A stretch of DNA of 64,000 nucleotides from Bacteroidales bacterium (GTDB lineage Bacteria > Bacteroidota > Bacteroidia > Bacteroidales > WCHB1-69). The notes beneath the pieces were generated by a model, which made no database searches, had not been told where the DNA came from, and saw only the letters and a program-made list of their open reading frames with translations. Positions 9,901 to 18,194 of the stretch are shown here, in pieces. The first letter of the stretch is position 1. Each line of letters begins with the position of its first letter. Both the position numbers and the translations under genes were made by a program. The stretch covers positions 43,499 to 107,498 of the forward strand of contig JAGCUN010000051.1 in assembly GCA_017962845.1 (NCBI GenBank). Reading direction: 5' to 3'.

Positions 9901-11845
9901 CGAAGCTACCGATGAGGTGACCGTGCAAACCTCGTATTTCGAGGTGATGCCGCCCGACAACTATGTGGTGTGCTACGGCGACAGCATCCAGATTGCCGCC
10001 ACCGCCGACCAACCCGGCAGCTATACCTACAGTTGGCAGCCTCTCAGCTCTATCGTGAGCGGTGCGAACAGCGGCAGTCCGTGGGTACGGCCTTTGGAGA
10101 ACACCACCTACAGCGTCACCATCACCAACGAGTATGGCTGCACCGCTACGGCCAGTGTCTCCGTCAGCATCCGCCAGTATGAGGCCGTGGCCGACCTTAC
10201 CGCAGCCTCCTGCCATGGCAGTCACGACGGAGCCGTCAGCCTCACCGTTACCGGCGGCACACCTCCCTACTTCTACCTGTGGTCCAACGGGGCTACCACT
10301 CCCAGCCTTATGCAGTTAGGAGCCGGCACCTACACCGTCACCATCACCGATGACACGGGTTGTAGAGGAGTGGACTCGTTCACCATTATACAGCCGCAAC
10401 CCATTGTCATACAAGAGGTAAGCATTATCCCCGTACCCTGCGACCAGGCCTGTAACGGCAGCATCACCGTGGCGGCCACCGGCGGCACCGCCCCCTACAG
10501 TTTCCAATGGCTGCACGGCGGCAGCGGCAGCACGGTGGGCAGCTTGTGCGCGGGCCTCTATACCGTAAATGTGACCGACGCGCACCAGTGTCCGGCCAGC
10601 GCTTCCTTCATGGTGGCCGACACCTCGCAGCACCATATCGACTACACCGTCACGCCCATCTCCTGTAGCGGCGACTGCAACGCCGCCATCGCGGTGGTGC
10701 CCGACTTTGGCGGAAGCAGTTACCAGATTGTGTGGAACACCACACCCGAGCAGACCGGCGACAGCATCACAGGATTGTGCGCGGGAGTGTATGAGGCTGA
10801 GATTTCTGTGGGTGGCAACTGTCACTACCAGATGTACTTCCAAGTGGAGGAGCGCGTGCCGATAGAGCTGACACATGTGTTTGTGCAGCAGCCCAGCTGC
10901 TATGGCGACACCGACGCATTCATCCACATTGATGCCACGGGCGGCACCCCGCCCTATACCTATATGGTGAACGGCAGCGGGTGCGGTGCCACCATCACCG
11001 AACTCGCCCCCGGCAGTTACGCCATCACCGTGCTGGATGCCGGCAACTGCCGTATCGACACCACGGTCAGCATCCCGCAGACAGAACCGTTGCAGCTCAG
11101 TGCGACGGTGGTGCGCCCACCGTGTCCGGAAGTGTGCAGCGGAGCCATCGACCTGACGGTGACCGGCGGCACCTACCCGTACCGCTATTCATGGAGCAAC
11201 AACGCTGCAACGCAGGATATTACGGGGCTGTGTGCAGGCGAATATACCGTGACCGTGACCGACAACCGCGACTGCCTCGCACAGCTGCCCGTCACGGTGA
11301 CCGACTCGTCGCACTTCCCCACCCCCATCGAAGCGTGGATAGATGATGACACCCTCTATGCCGGGCAGCAGACCACCCTACACGCCACCGACTTAGGAGG
11401 CGGGTTCGGCTACCAGTGGGAGCCTTCGGCAGGACTGGGAACGCCGACGGCACCCAACACCACGGCCACCGCCATCACCACTACCGACTACGTGGTGCAT
11501 GTGACCGACGATGCGGGCTGCGAGCTCACCGACACCGTGCATCTGCTGGTGCGCGAGGTGATTTGCGACGACCCGTACGTGTTTGTGCCCAACGCCTTCA
11601 CTCCGAACGGCGACGGCAAAAACGACATCCTGCGGGTGCGCAGCGACATTGTGATAGAGGTGAACCTGCAGATTTTCGACCGCTGGGGGGAGAAGGTCTT
11701 CGAGACCAACGACCTTGACACCGGCTGGGACGGCACCTTCCGGGGTGAGCCGTGCGAGCCGGGGGTTTACGACTATTTCATGAAAGTAAAATGCTTCGGT
11801 GAGATCGAAACCCTCAAGAAGGGGAACGTTACGCTGATAAGGTAG
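6938..11845 (+). CDS. Giant T9SS type-B (CHU_C/gliding C-terminal domain) surface protein with beta-propeller-like, PKD and SprB-type repeats
   Basis: ATG 6938 follows a TAnnTTTG box and opens a signal peptide. A PKD motif (WDFGDGTTS) is present. About nine repeats have the form C.G..DG.I...V.GG..PY.Y.W...L.AG.Y.V.V.D..GC. The C-terminus reads VPNAFTPNGDGKNDIL...FDRWGEKVFE...WDGT. Confidence 0.85.
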   Translation: MLQNITSKIRSWLLLVSCIFCCVMADGHKRDSLTTGDLEFIANLGQWEQQVLFKAPLHGGAFFAERDCFTIVVLSPQQLDAFYEAKFNPDAKVSKWMDAAAYKVHFLNANDDVRIEGWEKKVGHYNYFIGKDTSKWKSEVPRYHEVKYNDLYSGIDLLLTQSGCQMKYEFTIAPGASPSLIQMDYDGVQNLSVSKGDLVVTTAVMQILELKPYAYQIAADGSRTTVECRYQVKGKQLAFEVGDYDPTQPLVIDPTLIFASLSGSTADNWGYTATFDKEGNLYSGGNAFSVGYPVNTGSFQVNYGGGATDIAISKFDAGGSFLHYTTYLGGNSAEVPHSMFVNENNELYVYGTTSSTNFAVTPGAYDVTFNGGDSYTLTSTVIFENGSDIVIAKFSDDGSNLLACTYVGGSRNDGLNTVTDLRKNYADEVRGEIILDEQSNVYVASCTQSVNFPVTAGVLDSTYNGSPQDGCIVKFSHDLSTLIWGTYIGGSANDAAYSLVQASDHSLYVCGGTTSTDLPTSSTAYQPQYGGGDNDGFVVHINPNATQILHLTYLGKNNYDQAYQVKLDRFDHPHIFGQTYASGMAWVYNAQWYIPNGGQFLTKLSPALDTIVWSTAFGTGNLGLDISPTALLVDLCNNIYLSGWGSQTTNFGQGGTSGMPITADAYQITTDNNDYYFLCITDDASDIVYGTFFGSSDAREHVDGGTSRFDNKGRIYQAVCAACGGHHFPATPGAYATNNGSYNCNIGVIKFDFNLPAVVADFYIPNTVCAPINLEFHNTSQRISDSTTFHWDFGDGTTSTQENPTHYYTQSGTYTITLVAQDAGSCNFADSISRQVVVLSNSNSTLSETGFCEGEYVQIGIPPSGNANLTYNWSPTTDLSNPTISNPIASPSATTTYQLFITDGVCWDTITQTVVVEDLVISAGDDQVVCLGDAATLTATTNGTATSYEWATDPHFTHILNPTTTQSTITVTPTATTTYYLRVRGTYCEATDEVTVQTSYFEVMPPDNYVVCYGDSIQIAATADQPGSYTYSWQPLSSIVSGANSGSPWVRPLENTTYSVTITNEYGCTATASVSVSIRQYEAVADLTAASCHGSHDGAVSLTVTGGTPPYFYLWSNGATTPSLMQLGAGTYTVTITDDTGCRGVDSFTIIQPQPIVIQEVSIIPVPCDQACNGSITVAATGGTAPYSFQWLHGGSGSTVGSLCAGLYTVNVTDAHQCPASASFMVADTSQHHIDYTVTPISCSGDCNAAIAVVPDFGGSSYQIVWNTTPEQTGDSITGLCAGVYEAEISVGGNCHYQMYFQVEERVPIELTHVFVQQPSCYGDTDAFIHIDATGGTPPYTYMVNGSGCGATITELAPGSYAITVLDAGNCRIDTTVSIPQTEPLQLSATVVRPPCPEVCSGAIDLTVTGGTYPYRYSWSNNAATQDITGLCAGEYTVTVTDNRDCLAQLPVTVTDSSHFPTPIEAWIDDDTLYAGQQTTLHATDLGGGFGYQWEPSAGLGTPTAPNTTATAITTTDYVVHVTDDAGCELTDTVHLLVREVICDDPYVFVPNAFTPNGDGKNDILRVRSDIVIEVNLQIFDRWGEKVFETNDLDTGWDGTFRGEPCEPGVYDYFMKVKCFGEIETLKKGNVTLIR

Positions 11846-11858
11846 AAGGGGACGCCCC

Positions 11859-11936
11859 GTGTGCGGAGGCACACAATTTCAGTAACCCCAGACTGCACTC
11901 CACTTCGTTCCGCTTAGTCTGGGGTAGGAATGCGCG
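11859..11936 (+). repeat. Hairpin repeat family 2 (TCAGTAACCCC type)
   Basis: GTGTGC-GGAG-GCACAC, then aatttcagtaa, then CCCCAGAC-(23 nt)-GTCTGGGG, then taggaatgcgcgg. Confidence 0.75.
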
Positions 11937-11944
11937 GGAAGGCA

Positions 11945-11969
11945 ATAGCGTCTCGAAGAGACGCGACTA
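11945..11969. repeat. GAGACGC-core hairpin (REP family 1-like)
   Basis: aatagcgtctcgaagagacgcgactatt, with stem GCGTCTC/GAGACGC. Confidence 0.5.
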
Positions 11970-11990
11970 TTGACCACGAATTACGCGAAA

Positions 11991-12578
11991 TTATAAATCT
12001 TCTCCGTTGGCTTGATTGTTGTAATTGTCATAAAACATTACAATGCGATACTTCCCATATTGTTCTGAAATGGAAAACCATACAACTTTTTTTGACAATT
12101 TTTCTATTTCTTCCAATGTCATATCGTAAATAGAAATGGATTCATTAGCGCCTATTTGAAAGAATGCTGCCTGATACTCTTTTTTATGCACTAACATTTC
12201 ATAGCTGATATCCTCATCTTCTCCTAACTCTTGCTCCTCTTTCGCTGGAAGATATTTGCTGTTATTTTCAAATTGATGGCATAATTTATTAAATCGAATT
12301 TTGATTTGAGATTCAGTAGTTCCATCTTTGTCAATCAGGCAAATACGATAGACTTTATTATTTTCAGTAACAACAGAGATTTCTACTGATTGTCCATTGA
12401 ACTCGCCTTCCAAGATGTCAAGAGTTGAATTATAAATGTAACCCTTCTCCTTCAGTTTCTGAATCATCGCCGTTTTTGTTCCATCAACGGGAATGCCTAA
12501 AAATTTTGTCACATCATTTTGAGCAAAAGATGTCATTGAAATAATCGAAGTGAGGATGATGATGATTAGTCTCTTCAT
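11991..12578 (-). CDS. Hypothetical secreted protein (AT-rich gene)
   Basis: 195 aa with an N-terminal signal peptide (MKRLIIIILTSIISMTSFAQ). Clearly lower GC than its neighbours. No family recognised. Confidence 0.6.
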   Translation of the reverse strand: MKRLIIIILTSIISMTSFAQNDVTKFLGIPVDGTKTAMIQKLKEKGYIYNSTLDILEGEFNGQSVEISVVTENNKVYRICLIDKDGTTESQIKIRFNKLCHQFENNSKYLPAKEEQELGEDEDISYEMLVHKKEYQAAFFQIGANESISIYDMTLEEIEKLSKKVVWFSISEQYGKYRIVMFYDNYNNQANGEDL

Positions 12579-12960
12579 TGTTTAATGTTCTATGTCCTCC
12601 AGTGCCCAGGAACATTTTACAAAAAAAGAAGCGTGGCACTGTACACCACTTCTTCGAATGGAGGTCGTAGGAAACCTAATGATGCAGATGTGGAACCAGC
12701 CCACGCTATTCGCGCAAGCCATCACACTCTCTTGCATCATTGTTTGGAAATTTCCTACGTTCCCATTCACAAGACGAGCATAACGCTTCGTTGTCTCAAT
12801 AAATTAAAGGTTAAAGCATGCACTTTAACCAGCGGCAAAATTACAACAATTTTGGGAATAAACCTAATTGTTTTCTGAAATATTGGTGATTTTCTTTCGT
12901 CCAACTTAACCCTTGGAATCAATTGCGTGAGGTGAGTACCTGATTGTATTACTCGTTGTT

Positions 12961-13060
12961 GCGTGCTTCCAGCACGCCTTTGCCACGCGGTTGCCCACCT
13001 CAGACTGCGGCCTCTTGAGGCCTTGTCTGAGGTTACTGGGAGTGCGTCCCTTCGGGACGC
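12961..13060 (-). repeat. Hairpin repeat family 2, three-hairpin version
   Basis: On the + strand: GCGTGC-TTCC-AGCACGC, spacer, CCTCAGAC..GGCCTCTTGAGGCC..GTCTGAGG, ttactgggag, GCGTCCC-TTC-GGGACGC. Collinear with the right end of RAYT module B. Confidence 0.75.
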
Positions 13061-13170
13061 GGACGGGGCGGCTGGTATTGCTGGATGGTGGAAGCAGTGG
13101 AGATTCCGTTGCCGACGATAGGAGGCAACACAATTCCTTTAATCTTCAGATTGACGGGATTCCTCCGTTA

Positions 13171-13491
13171 TCACCTGTTGGTTGCGGAACCGTTCCGTCG
13201 TCGACTGCGGGTTACACGGATGATGTTAGTATCAAGTGCTGTCGTGATCTTTGCGATGGTGGCCACTGTCATGTTGTGAGTGCCAGAAAGCCAACGGCTC
13301 ACCTCCGTTTCAGTCTTTCCCAATAAGGATGCGAGATTCTTTTGCGAAAGGCCTTTCTCCTCCATGATTTCATAGATACGGTTGGCGATTTGGACAGACA
13401 ACTCCATTTGCCGTTTCATTTCCGGTGTCATGGTCTGCCTAATTTCATCCATCAATTTATTGGTTCTCATACCATAAAGTTTAATCTTCAA
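13171..13491 (-). CDS. XRE-family helix-turn-helix protein (putative antitoxin)
   Basis: HTH core KGLSQKNLASLLGKTETEVSRWLSG. The alternative start at 13470 (MRTNKL) is possible. The last ~20 codons run into a GC-rich hairpin array. Confidence 0.7.
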   Translation of the reverse strand: MKIKLYGMRTNKLMDEIRQTMTPEMKRQMELSVQIANRIYEIMEEKGLSQKNLASLLGKTETEVSRWLSGTHNMTVATIAKITTALDTNIIRVTRSRRRNGSATNR

Positions 13492-13966
13492 TTTCTATAA
13501 CGAATGACAGAGGACCTAACAGTTTTGTCCCGCTGACAGTCAGTATGTTTTGCCGTTCCATCTGTTTTAGTTGAATGTCGATTTTTTGTAGAGTTGTCAC
13601 GCATTTGTTTAGTTGTTCATCTTCTTGGTATGTGCTTGATTTTTTCACTCCACCATTGCCCAAGATTAAGATTTTCGATTGGATGTTGAGCAGATAAAGT
13701 CGCAAAGAGGCAGTTTCAAGATGTGATGGCAGTGCCATTACCCTATCTCGTTTAGTTCCTTCATACCTGAAGTGTCTATCTGCAGCCCCATCTCTTTTGA
13801 TAATGTCAAGTCTATACACAATTTGAGCCACATCATTCGGGTAGGTGTCTTTGTGTTGAAGGAGAAATTTCTCAAATTCGGTATATTCTTCGCCTTCAAA
13901 ACGTGGTGAATAAAGACTGACTTTGCCGCTATCTTCAAGGAGTTCAATGAGCAGATTTTTCTTCAT
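13481..13966 (-). CDS. Hypothetical 161-aa protein, possible RelE/Gp49-like toxin partner of the downstream HTH
   Basis: The internal ATG at 13966 (MKKNLLIELLED) is used; the longer ORF to 14209 only translates a repeat element. LRLYLLNIQSKILILGNGGVKK resembles the core strand of RelE/Gp49-type proteins. Overlaps or abuts the HTH gene. Confidence 0.5.
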   Translation of the reverse strand: MKKNLLIELLEDSGKVSLYSPRFEGEEYTEFEKFLLQHKDTYPNDVAQIVYRLDIIKRDGAADRHFRYEGTKRDRVMALPSHLETASLRLYLLNIQSKILILGNGGVKKSSTYQEDEQLNKCVTTLQKIDIQLKQMERQNILTVSGTKLLGPLSFVIEIED

Positions 13967-14068
13967 AGTTGTAAAATTTGAGTGTGCAAAAATAAACATA
14001 AAAGTTGATTTTTTGAAGGGCTGTTGAAAAATATTTTTTAGGATTGTTCTACTGCCGCCTGCGGAAAC

Positions 14069-14210
14069 GGATGCCCGCAACCCCGTGGCCGAATGGAATA
14101 TGCAGACGCCGCCCCGAGGTTCCGTCGCGGCAGGGATAGGAGCGAGCACGGAGCGAAGCGCAGTAAAGCGTATAGCCCGACGGCGACCGCAGGGAGCCGG
14201 GCCGCCCAAA
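14069..14210 (-). repeat. GC-rich repeat family 3 (translates as MGGPAPCGRRRA...), copy C
   Basis: The reverse complement aligns with 21152-21288 over ~140 nt with scattered substitutions. Confidence 0.8.
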
Positions 14211-14226
14211 TCATTATCAATCGTAA

Positions 14227-14850
14227 TTATTCTTCCCTTTCCTTGAAGGTGATGGGCAACTGAAAGGTGTTCTTTCGCGGTTTCCCTTCAGCTTTGCCAG
14301 GACTCCATGGCGGCATGGCGAGGAGAACCTGCTTCACCATCTCATCCGTTTCAGGATCCAAGCCTTTTAGAATAGTCACGTCGCAAACTTTGCCGTTTTT
14401 ATCCACAACAAATTCCGTCAACACCACCCCGTTTACCTCTCTATCAGTAGGATACTTCAGATTCGCGGCCAAATACCTATACAAAGAATCCATACCACCG
14501 GGGAAATAAGCTCTAATTTGCAGTTGCCCCATCAATGGTTCATCCACAATTTCTCCTACCATATCCTCATATTGGGGGCAGGCTGCCGTATCTACAGCCT
14601 GGGCCGAAGCGACCGACATCCCGGAGAGTGCCAACCCAGCCGCCACTCCGAGAACCGCCACCCTTTGCGAGAGGCTTTTCCGCCGCGAGAGTTCGCTTTC
14701 GAGCTGGCGCACCTCGCTTTCGCAGCGCGGACATGTACCCGGGCATTCCCCCTCGAAAGTGCACTCCGGGATCTCCAAATCAATACCGTTGGCCGCCGCC
14801 ACCTCGCGCCTTACCGATTTCAAATACGAACAAATCTGCTTTCCTTTCAT
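14227..14850 (-). CDS. TonB-family C-terminal domain protein with an N-terminal Cys-rich segment and a TM helix
   Basis: The C-terminus YFPGGMDSLYRYLAANLKYP...VDKNGKV...PGK..GKP is a TonB_C-like fold. The N-terminus carries CPGTCPRCE. Confidence 0.7.
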   Translation of the reverse strand: MKGKQICSYLKSVRREVAAANGIDLEIPECTFEGECPGTCPRCESEVRQLESELSRRKSLSQRVAVLGVAAGLALSGMSVASAQAVDTAACPQYEDMVGEIVDEPLMGQLQIRAYFPGGMDSLYRYLAANLKYPTDREVNGVVLTEFVVDKNGKVCDVTILKGLDPETDEMVKQVLLAMPPWSPGKAEGKPRKNTFQLPITFKEREE

Positions 14851-14869
14851 GACTATGGGTGTTTAGAAT
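14840..14869 (-). repeat. Perfect 30-nt repeat covering the 5' leader, ATG and first codons of the TonB-like gene
   Basis: The reverse complement is attctaaacacccatagtcATGAAAGGAAA, identical to 21516-21545. Confidence 0.9.
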
Positions 14870-14924
14870 TTTATGTGACAAAATTAGATGTTTATCTATT
14901 TCAACCATCCTCGCCGCGGCATCA

Positions 14925-15713
14925 TCAGTCTTTCACGCACCGCACCGACAGAGCGCCATACGTGTGATGAGCATCGCGGAAAGGGGTGGCTTGGTCGTAG
15001 CGGAGGTTGAAGTCGCAAGCGCAGTTCACAACGTCTTCAGCTTCGGTAGCGCTCCAGAAGGAGGCATACACGCCGAAACTGGTTTCCGTACCCGGGAAGA
15101 AGCCGGCGGGAAGAGCCGAAAAACCGGTATTATTGTTGAATGACAAGTCGTTGCCGACAGCGCACTCCGCATCGCTCGACTGCCAGCCATAGCCGGCCGC
15201 CAGGGCTTTCGCGATGGTGGCCTCCGGACCGCTACAAACATAGTCGGCCTGCGTGCGGCAGAACTCCATCAGCTGCGCCCACTCGGTATCGCTGGGCACG
15301 TGCCAGCCGTCGGGACAAATACCTTGCACACCACTGGGATTGGCCGCAGACGAAGTCTCCCCTTGCATCACAGCGTACCAGTTGTAAAGATACCCAAAGT
15401 AAATGTTGTCGGTTTGGGGAACGGAATAGCGGCACGGAAACGTGTTGCTGACGGAGCCTAACGGTATCGCATCGCCATTGGCATAGCGGGTGGTGCGCAG
15501 GTTGGCGGCCATCCAAATCTGCTCACCAATCTGCACGGCATCATAGTGGTTACCGTCGATGTCGGTCACCGCATCGTAAATCACCTCCGCCGCGGAAGGA
15601 TAGGTCGGGGTATAATCGTTGTCGTCACCATTCGGGTCAGGCTTGGGGTCTTCTTTATCGCAAGACGCCATCAGCAGGGCGGCGGCACACAGGAACAGGG
15701 CTATTCTTTTCAT
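14925..15713 (-). CDS. FISUMP (Fibrobacter succinogenes major paralogous domain, TIGR02145-like) lipoprotein
   Basis: Lipobox LMASC. Motifs IGEQIWMAANL, YLYNWYA, CPDGWHVPS..EW and GFSALPAG. Confidence 0.8.
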   Translation of the reverse strand: MKRIALFLCAAALLMASCDKEDPKPDPNGDDNDYTPTYPSAAEVIYDAVTDIDGNHYDAVQIGEQIWMAANLRTTRYANGDAIPLGSVSNTFPCRYSVPQTDNIYFGYLYNWYAVMQGETSSAANPSGVQGICPDGWHVPSDTEWAQLMEFCRTQADYVCSGPEATIAKALAAGYGWQSSDAECAVGNDLSFNNNTGFSALPAGFFPGTETSFGVYASFWSATEAEDVVNCACDFNLRYDQATPFRDAHHTYGALSVRCVKD

Positions 15714-15930
15714 AATTAGGGACTTTAGAGGATATGGTTATGAAAAAATTTATGATTCTGCAAAAGTACAAAATATTTTGAAAATTTCTACATCATTTTT
15801 TCTTTTAAAAAGTCTCTCGCAAAATACTAAGTCTCAAATAGGATGGGCCGTCCTTACTTGCGACTATACCTGATGATGTGATTTTATAAAAAATGAAACC
15901 CTGAAAGTCTCATAAAACAAAAAATCATTG

Positions 15931-15938
15931 TAATTTTG
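15931..15938 (+). promoter_or_regulatory. Candidate -7 box for nadB
   Basis: TAATTTTG, 49 nt upstream of the ATG. Confidence 0.5.
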
Positions 15939-15986
15939 CATTTTCAAAAGAAGCTGCCATTTTTCGGCACACCTTAATCTTATACA

Positions 15987-17582
15987 ATGAGAAAAAAAGT
16001 AGATTTCTTAGTCATCGGCTCTGGCATCGCGGGGCTGTGTTTTGCACTGAAAGCCGCTAACTTCGGCAAGGTCTGCATGATTACCAAAGCCAAGATTGAC
16101 GACACCTCCACCAAGTACGCCCAGGGAGGCATCGCTGCCGTGATGTACAGTCCCGACACGTACGAAAAGCACATCCAGGACACCATGATTGCCGGCGACG
16201 AGCTTTCCGACCGCCGCATCGTGGAGATCACCATCCGCGAATCCACCGCCCGTGTGATGGAGCTGGTGGAGTGGGGCGTGGACTTCGACAAGACCCAGAG
16301 CGGCAAGTTTGCCCTCGCCAAAGAGGGTGGCCACTCCGAGTTCCGCGTGCTGCACCACAAGGACATCACCGGCTACGAGATTGAGGAGAAGCTGATCATG
16401 GCGGCGCACAAGAATCCCAACATCGAGATTCTCGACAACCACCTTGCGGTGGAGATCATCACGCAGCACCACCTCGGTATCGAGGTGAACCGCCACACCG
16501 AAGGCATCACCTGCTACGGGGCCTACATCTATAATCCGCAGACCAAGACCGTGGATACCGTCTTGTCGAAGGTGACCATGATGGCCACCGGCGGCATCGG
16601 CACCGTTTACGGCAACACCACCAACCCCACAGTGGCCACCGGCGACGGCATCGCCATGGTATATCGCGCCAAAGGAGCGGTGCGCGGTATGGAATTCGTG
16701 CAGTTCCATCCCACCTCGCTCTACAATCCCAGCGAACGCCCCTCGTTCTTGATTACGGAGGCCATGCGCGGCGCCGGCGCGGTACTCAAGAACAAAGACG
16801 GCGAGAGCTTCATGGCCAAGTACGACCCGCGCGGCTCGCTCGCCCCCCGCGACATTGTGGCCCGCGCCATCGACAACGAAATGAAAACCAAGGGTGTGGA
16901 CCATGTCTATCTCGACACCACACTCATCAAGAAGGAGGAGATGTTCGCCCATTTTCCCAACATCTACGCCAAATGCCTCAGCATCGGCATCGACCCCACC
17001 AAGGAGATGATTCCCGTGGTGCCCGCCGCCCACTACTCCTGCGGCGGCATCCAGGTGGACGAGTGGGGACGCTCCACCATCCGCAACCTGTACGCCTCCG
17101 GCGAGTGCGCTTCCACCGGACTGCACGGAGCCAACCGTCTGGCTTCCAACTCATTGCTGGAAGCATTGGTCTTCTCTGACCGCGCCTGCCGCAATGCGGT
17201 GGAGTGCATCGGCAATATCGACTTCTGCGATGCCGTTCCCGACTGGGACACCGAGGGTACCGTGCTCAACGAGGAGATGGTGCTCATCACGCAGTCGGTG
17301 AAGGAGGTACAGACCATCATGTCAAGTTATGTGGGCATTGTGCGCTCCAACCTGCGCCTGCAACGCGCCTTCGACCGTCTCGACATCCTCTACCGCGAGA
17401 CCGAGGAGCTGTACAAGAAATCGGTGCTGATACCCGAGATCTGCGAACTGCGCAACATCATCAACGTGGGCTACCTGATCATTCGGAATGCCATGGACCG
17501 CAAGGAGAGCCGCGGCCTGCACTACTCGCTCGACTATCCCGAGCACCGCGATGTGAACCCCGTGACGGAGGACAAATTGTAG
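15987..17582 (+). CDS. nadB: L-aspartate oxidase
   Basis: 531 aa with an N-terminal VIGSGIAGL FAD motif. Length and motifs are typical. Confidence 0.9.
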   Translation: MRKKVDFLVIGSGIAGLCFALKAANFGKVCMITKAKIDDTSTKYAQGGIAAVMYSPDTYEKHIQDTMIAGDELSDRRIVEITIRESTARVMELVEWGVDFDKTQSGKFALAKEGGHSEFRVLHHKDITGYEIEEKLIMAAHKNPNIEILDNHLAVEIITQHHLGIEVNRHTEGITCYGAYIYNPQTKTVDTVLSKVTMMATGGIGTVYGNTTNPTVATGDGIAMVYRAKGAVRGMEFVQFHPTSLYNPSERPSFLITEAMRGAGAVLKNKDGESFMAKYDPRGSLAPRDIVARAIDNEMKTKGVDHVYLDTTLIKKEEMFAHFPNIYAKCLSIGIDPTKEMIPVVPAAHYSCGGIQVDEWGRSTIRNLYASGECASTGLHGANRLASNSLLEALVFSDRACRNAVECIGNIDFCDAVPDWDTEGTVLNEEMVLITQSVKEVQTIMSSYVGIVRSNLRLQRAFDRLDILYRETEELYKKSVLIPEICELRNIINVGYLIIRNAMDRKESRGLHYSLDYPEHRDVNPVTEDKL

Positions 17583-17612
17583 AAATTGATTTCCAACACC
17601 AAATTTTCAGAT

Positions 17613-18194
17613 ATGACCCAAGAGACTTTTATTCACAAAACCGCTGTTGTTGACGAGGGCTGCCGCATTGGAGCGGGCAGCAAGGTCTGGCATTTTTCGC
17701 ATCTGATGAGCGGTGCGGTGCTGGGCGAGAATTGCAACATCGGGCAGAATGTGTTCATCGCTTCGGGCGTGGTGTTGGGCAATGGGGTGAAGGTGCAGAA
17801 CAACGTCTCGATTTACGAGGGGGTGACCTGCGAGGATGAGGTTTTTTTGGGTCCCTCGATGGTGTTCACGAATGTGGTGAATCCACGCAGCAGCGTGTGT
17901 CGGAAGGATGCGTTTGCGCCCACCCATGTGGGACGTGGCGCCACCATAGGAGCCAATGCCACAGTGGTTTGCGGACACAACATCGGGGCATACGCACTGG
18001 TGGGTGCCGGCGCGGTGGTGACGAAAAATGTGCCGCCGTTTGCACTGGTAGTGGGGAATCCTGCCCGTCAGATAGGGTGGGTGAGCCGCCGTGGCTGCAC
18101 ACTGGACTTCAACGAGGCCGGCGAAGCCACCTGTCCCGAATCAGGCGAAAAGTACCGGCTGGAGAACGAGGAAATCCACTGCGAAAATCTCTAA
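17613..18194 (+). CDS. Left-handed beta-helix (hexapeptide) N-acetyltransferase, WbpD/WlbB-like
   Basis: Hexapeptide repeats and [12 protein letters not shown] 17613 is preferred over the TTG at 17586. Confidence 0.75.
   Translation: MTQETFIHKTAVVDEGCRIGAGSKVWHFSHLMSGAVLGENCNIGQNVFIASGVVLGNGVKVQNNVSIYEGVTCEDEVFLGPSMVFTNVVNPRSSVCRKDAFAPTHVGRGATIGANATVVCGHNIGAYALVGAGAVVTKNVPPFALVVGNPARQIGWVSRRGCTLDFNEAGEATCPESGEKYRLENEEIHCENL

Noticed and set aside
12582-12878. Three 62-97-aa ORFs in the AT-rich spacer upstream of gene 11991-12578
   Set aside because: They overlap one another on both strands and have no motifs, signal peptides or coding-like periodicity. The region is treated as non-coding leader.
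13967-14209. N-terminal extension (MGGPAPCGRRRAIRF...) of ORF 13481-14209 and the similar ORF 21153-21479
   Set aside because: Both are translations of the same GC-rich repeat element in opposite genomic orientation. The shared peptide reflects nucleotide repetition, not a gene.
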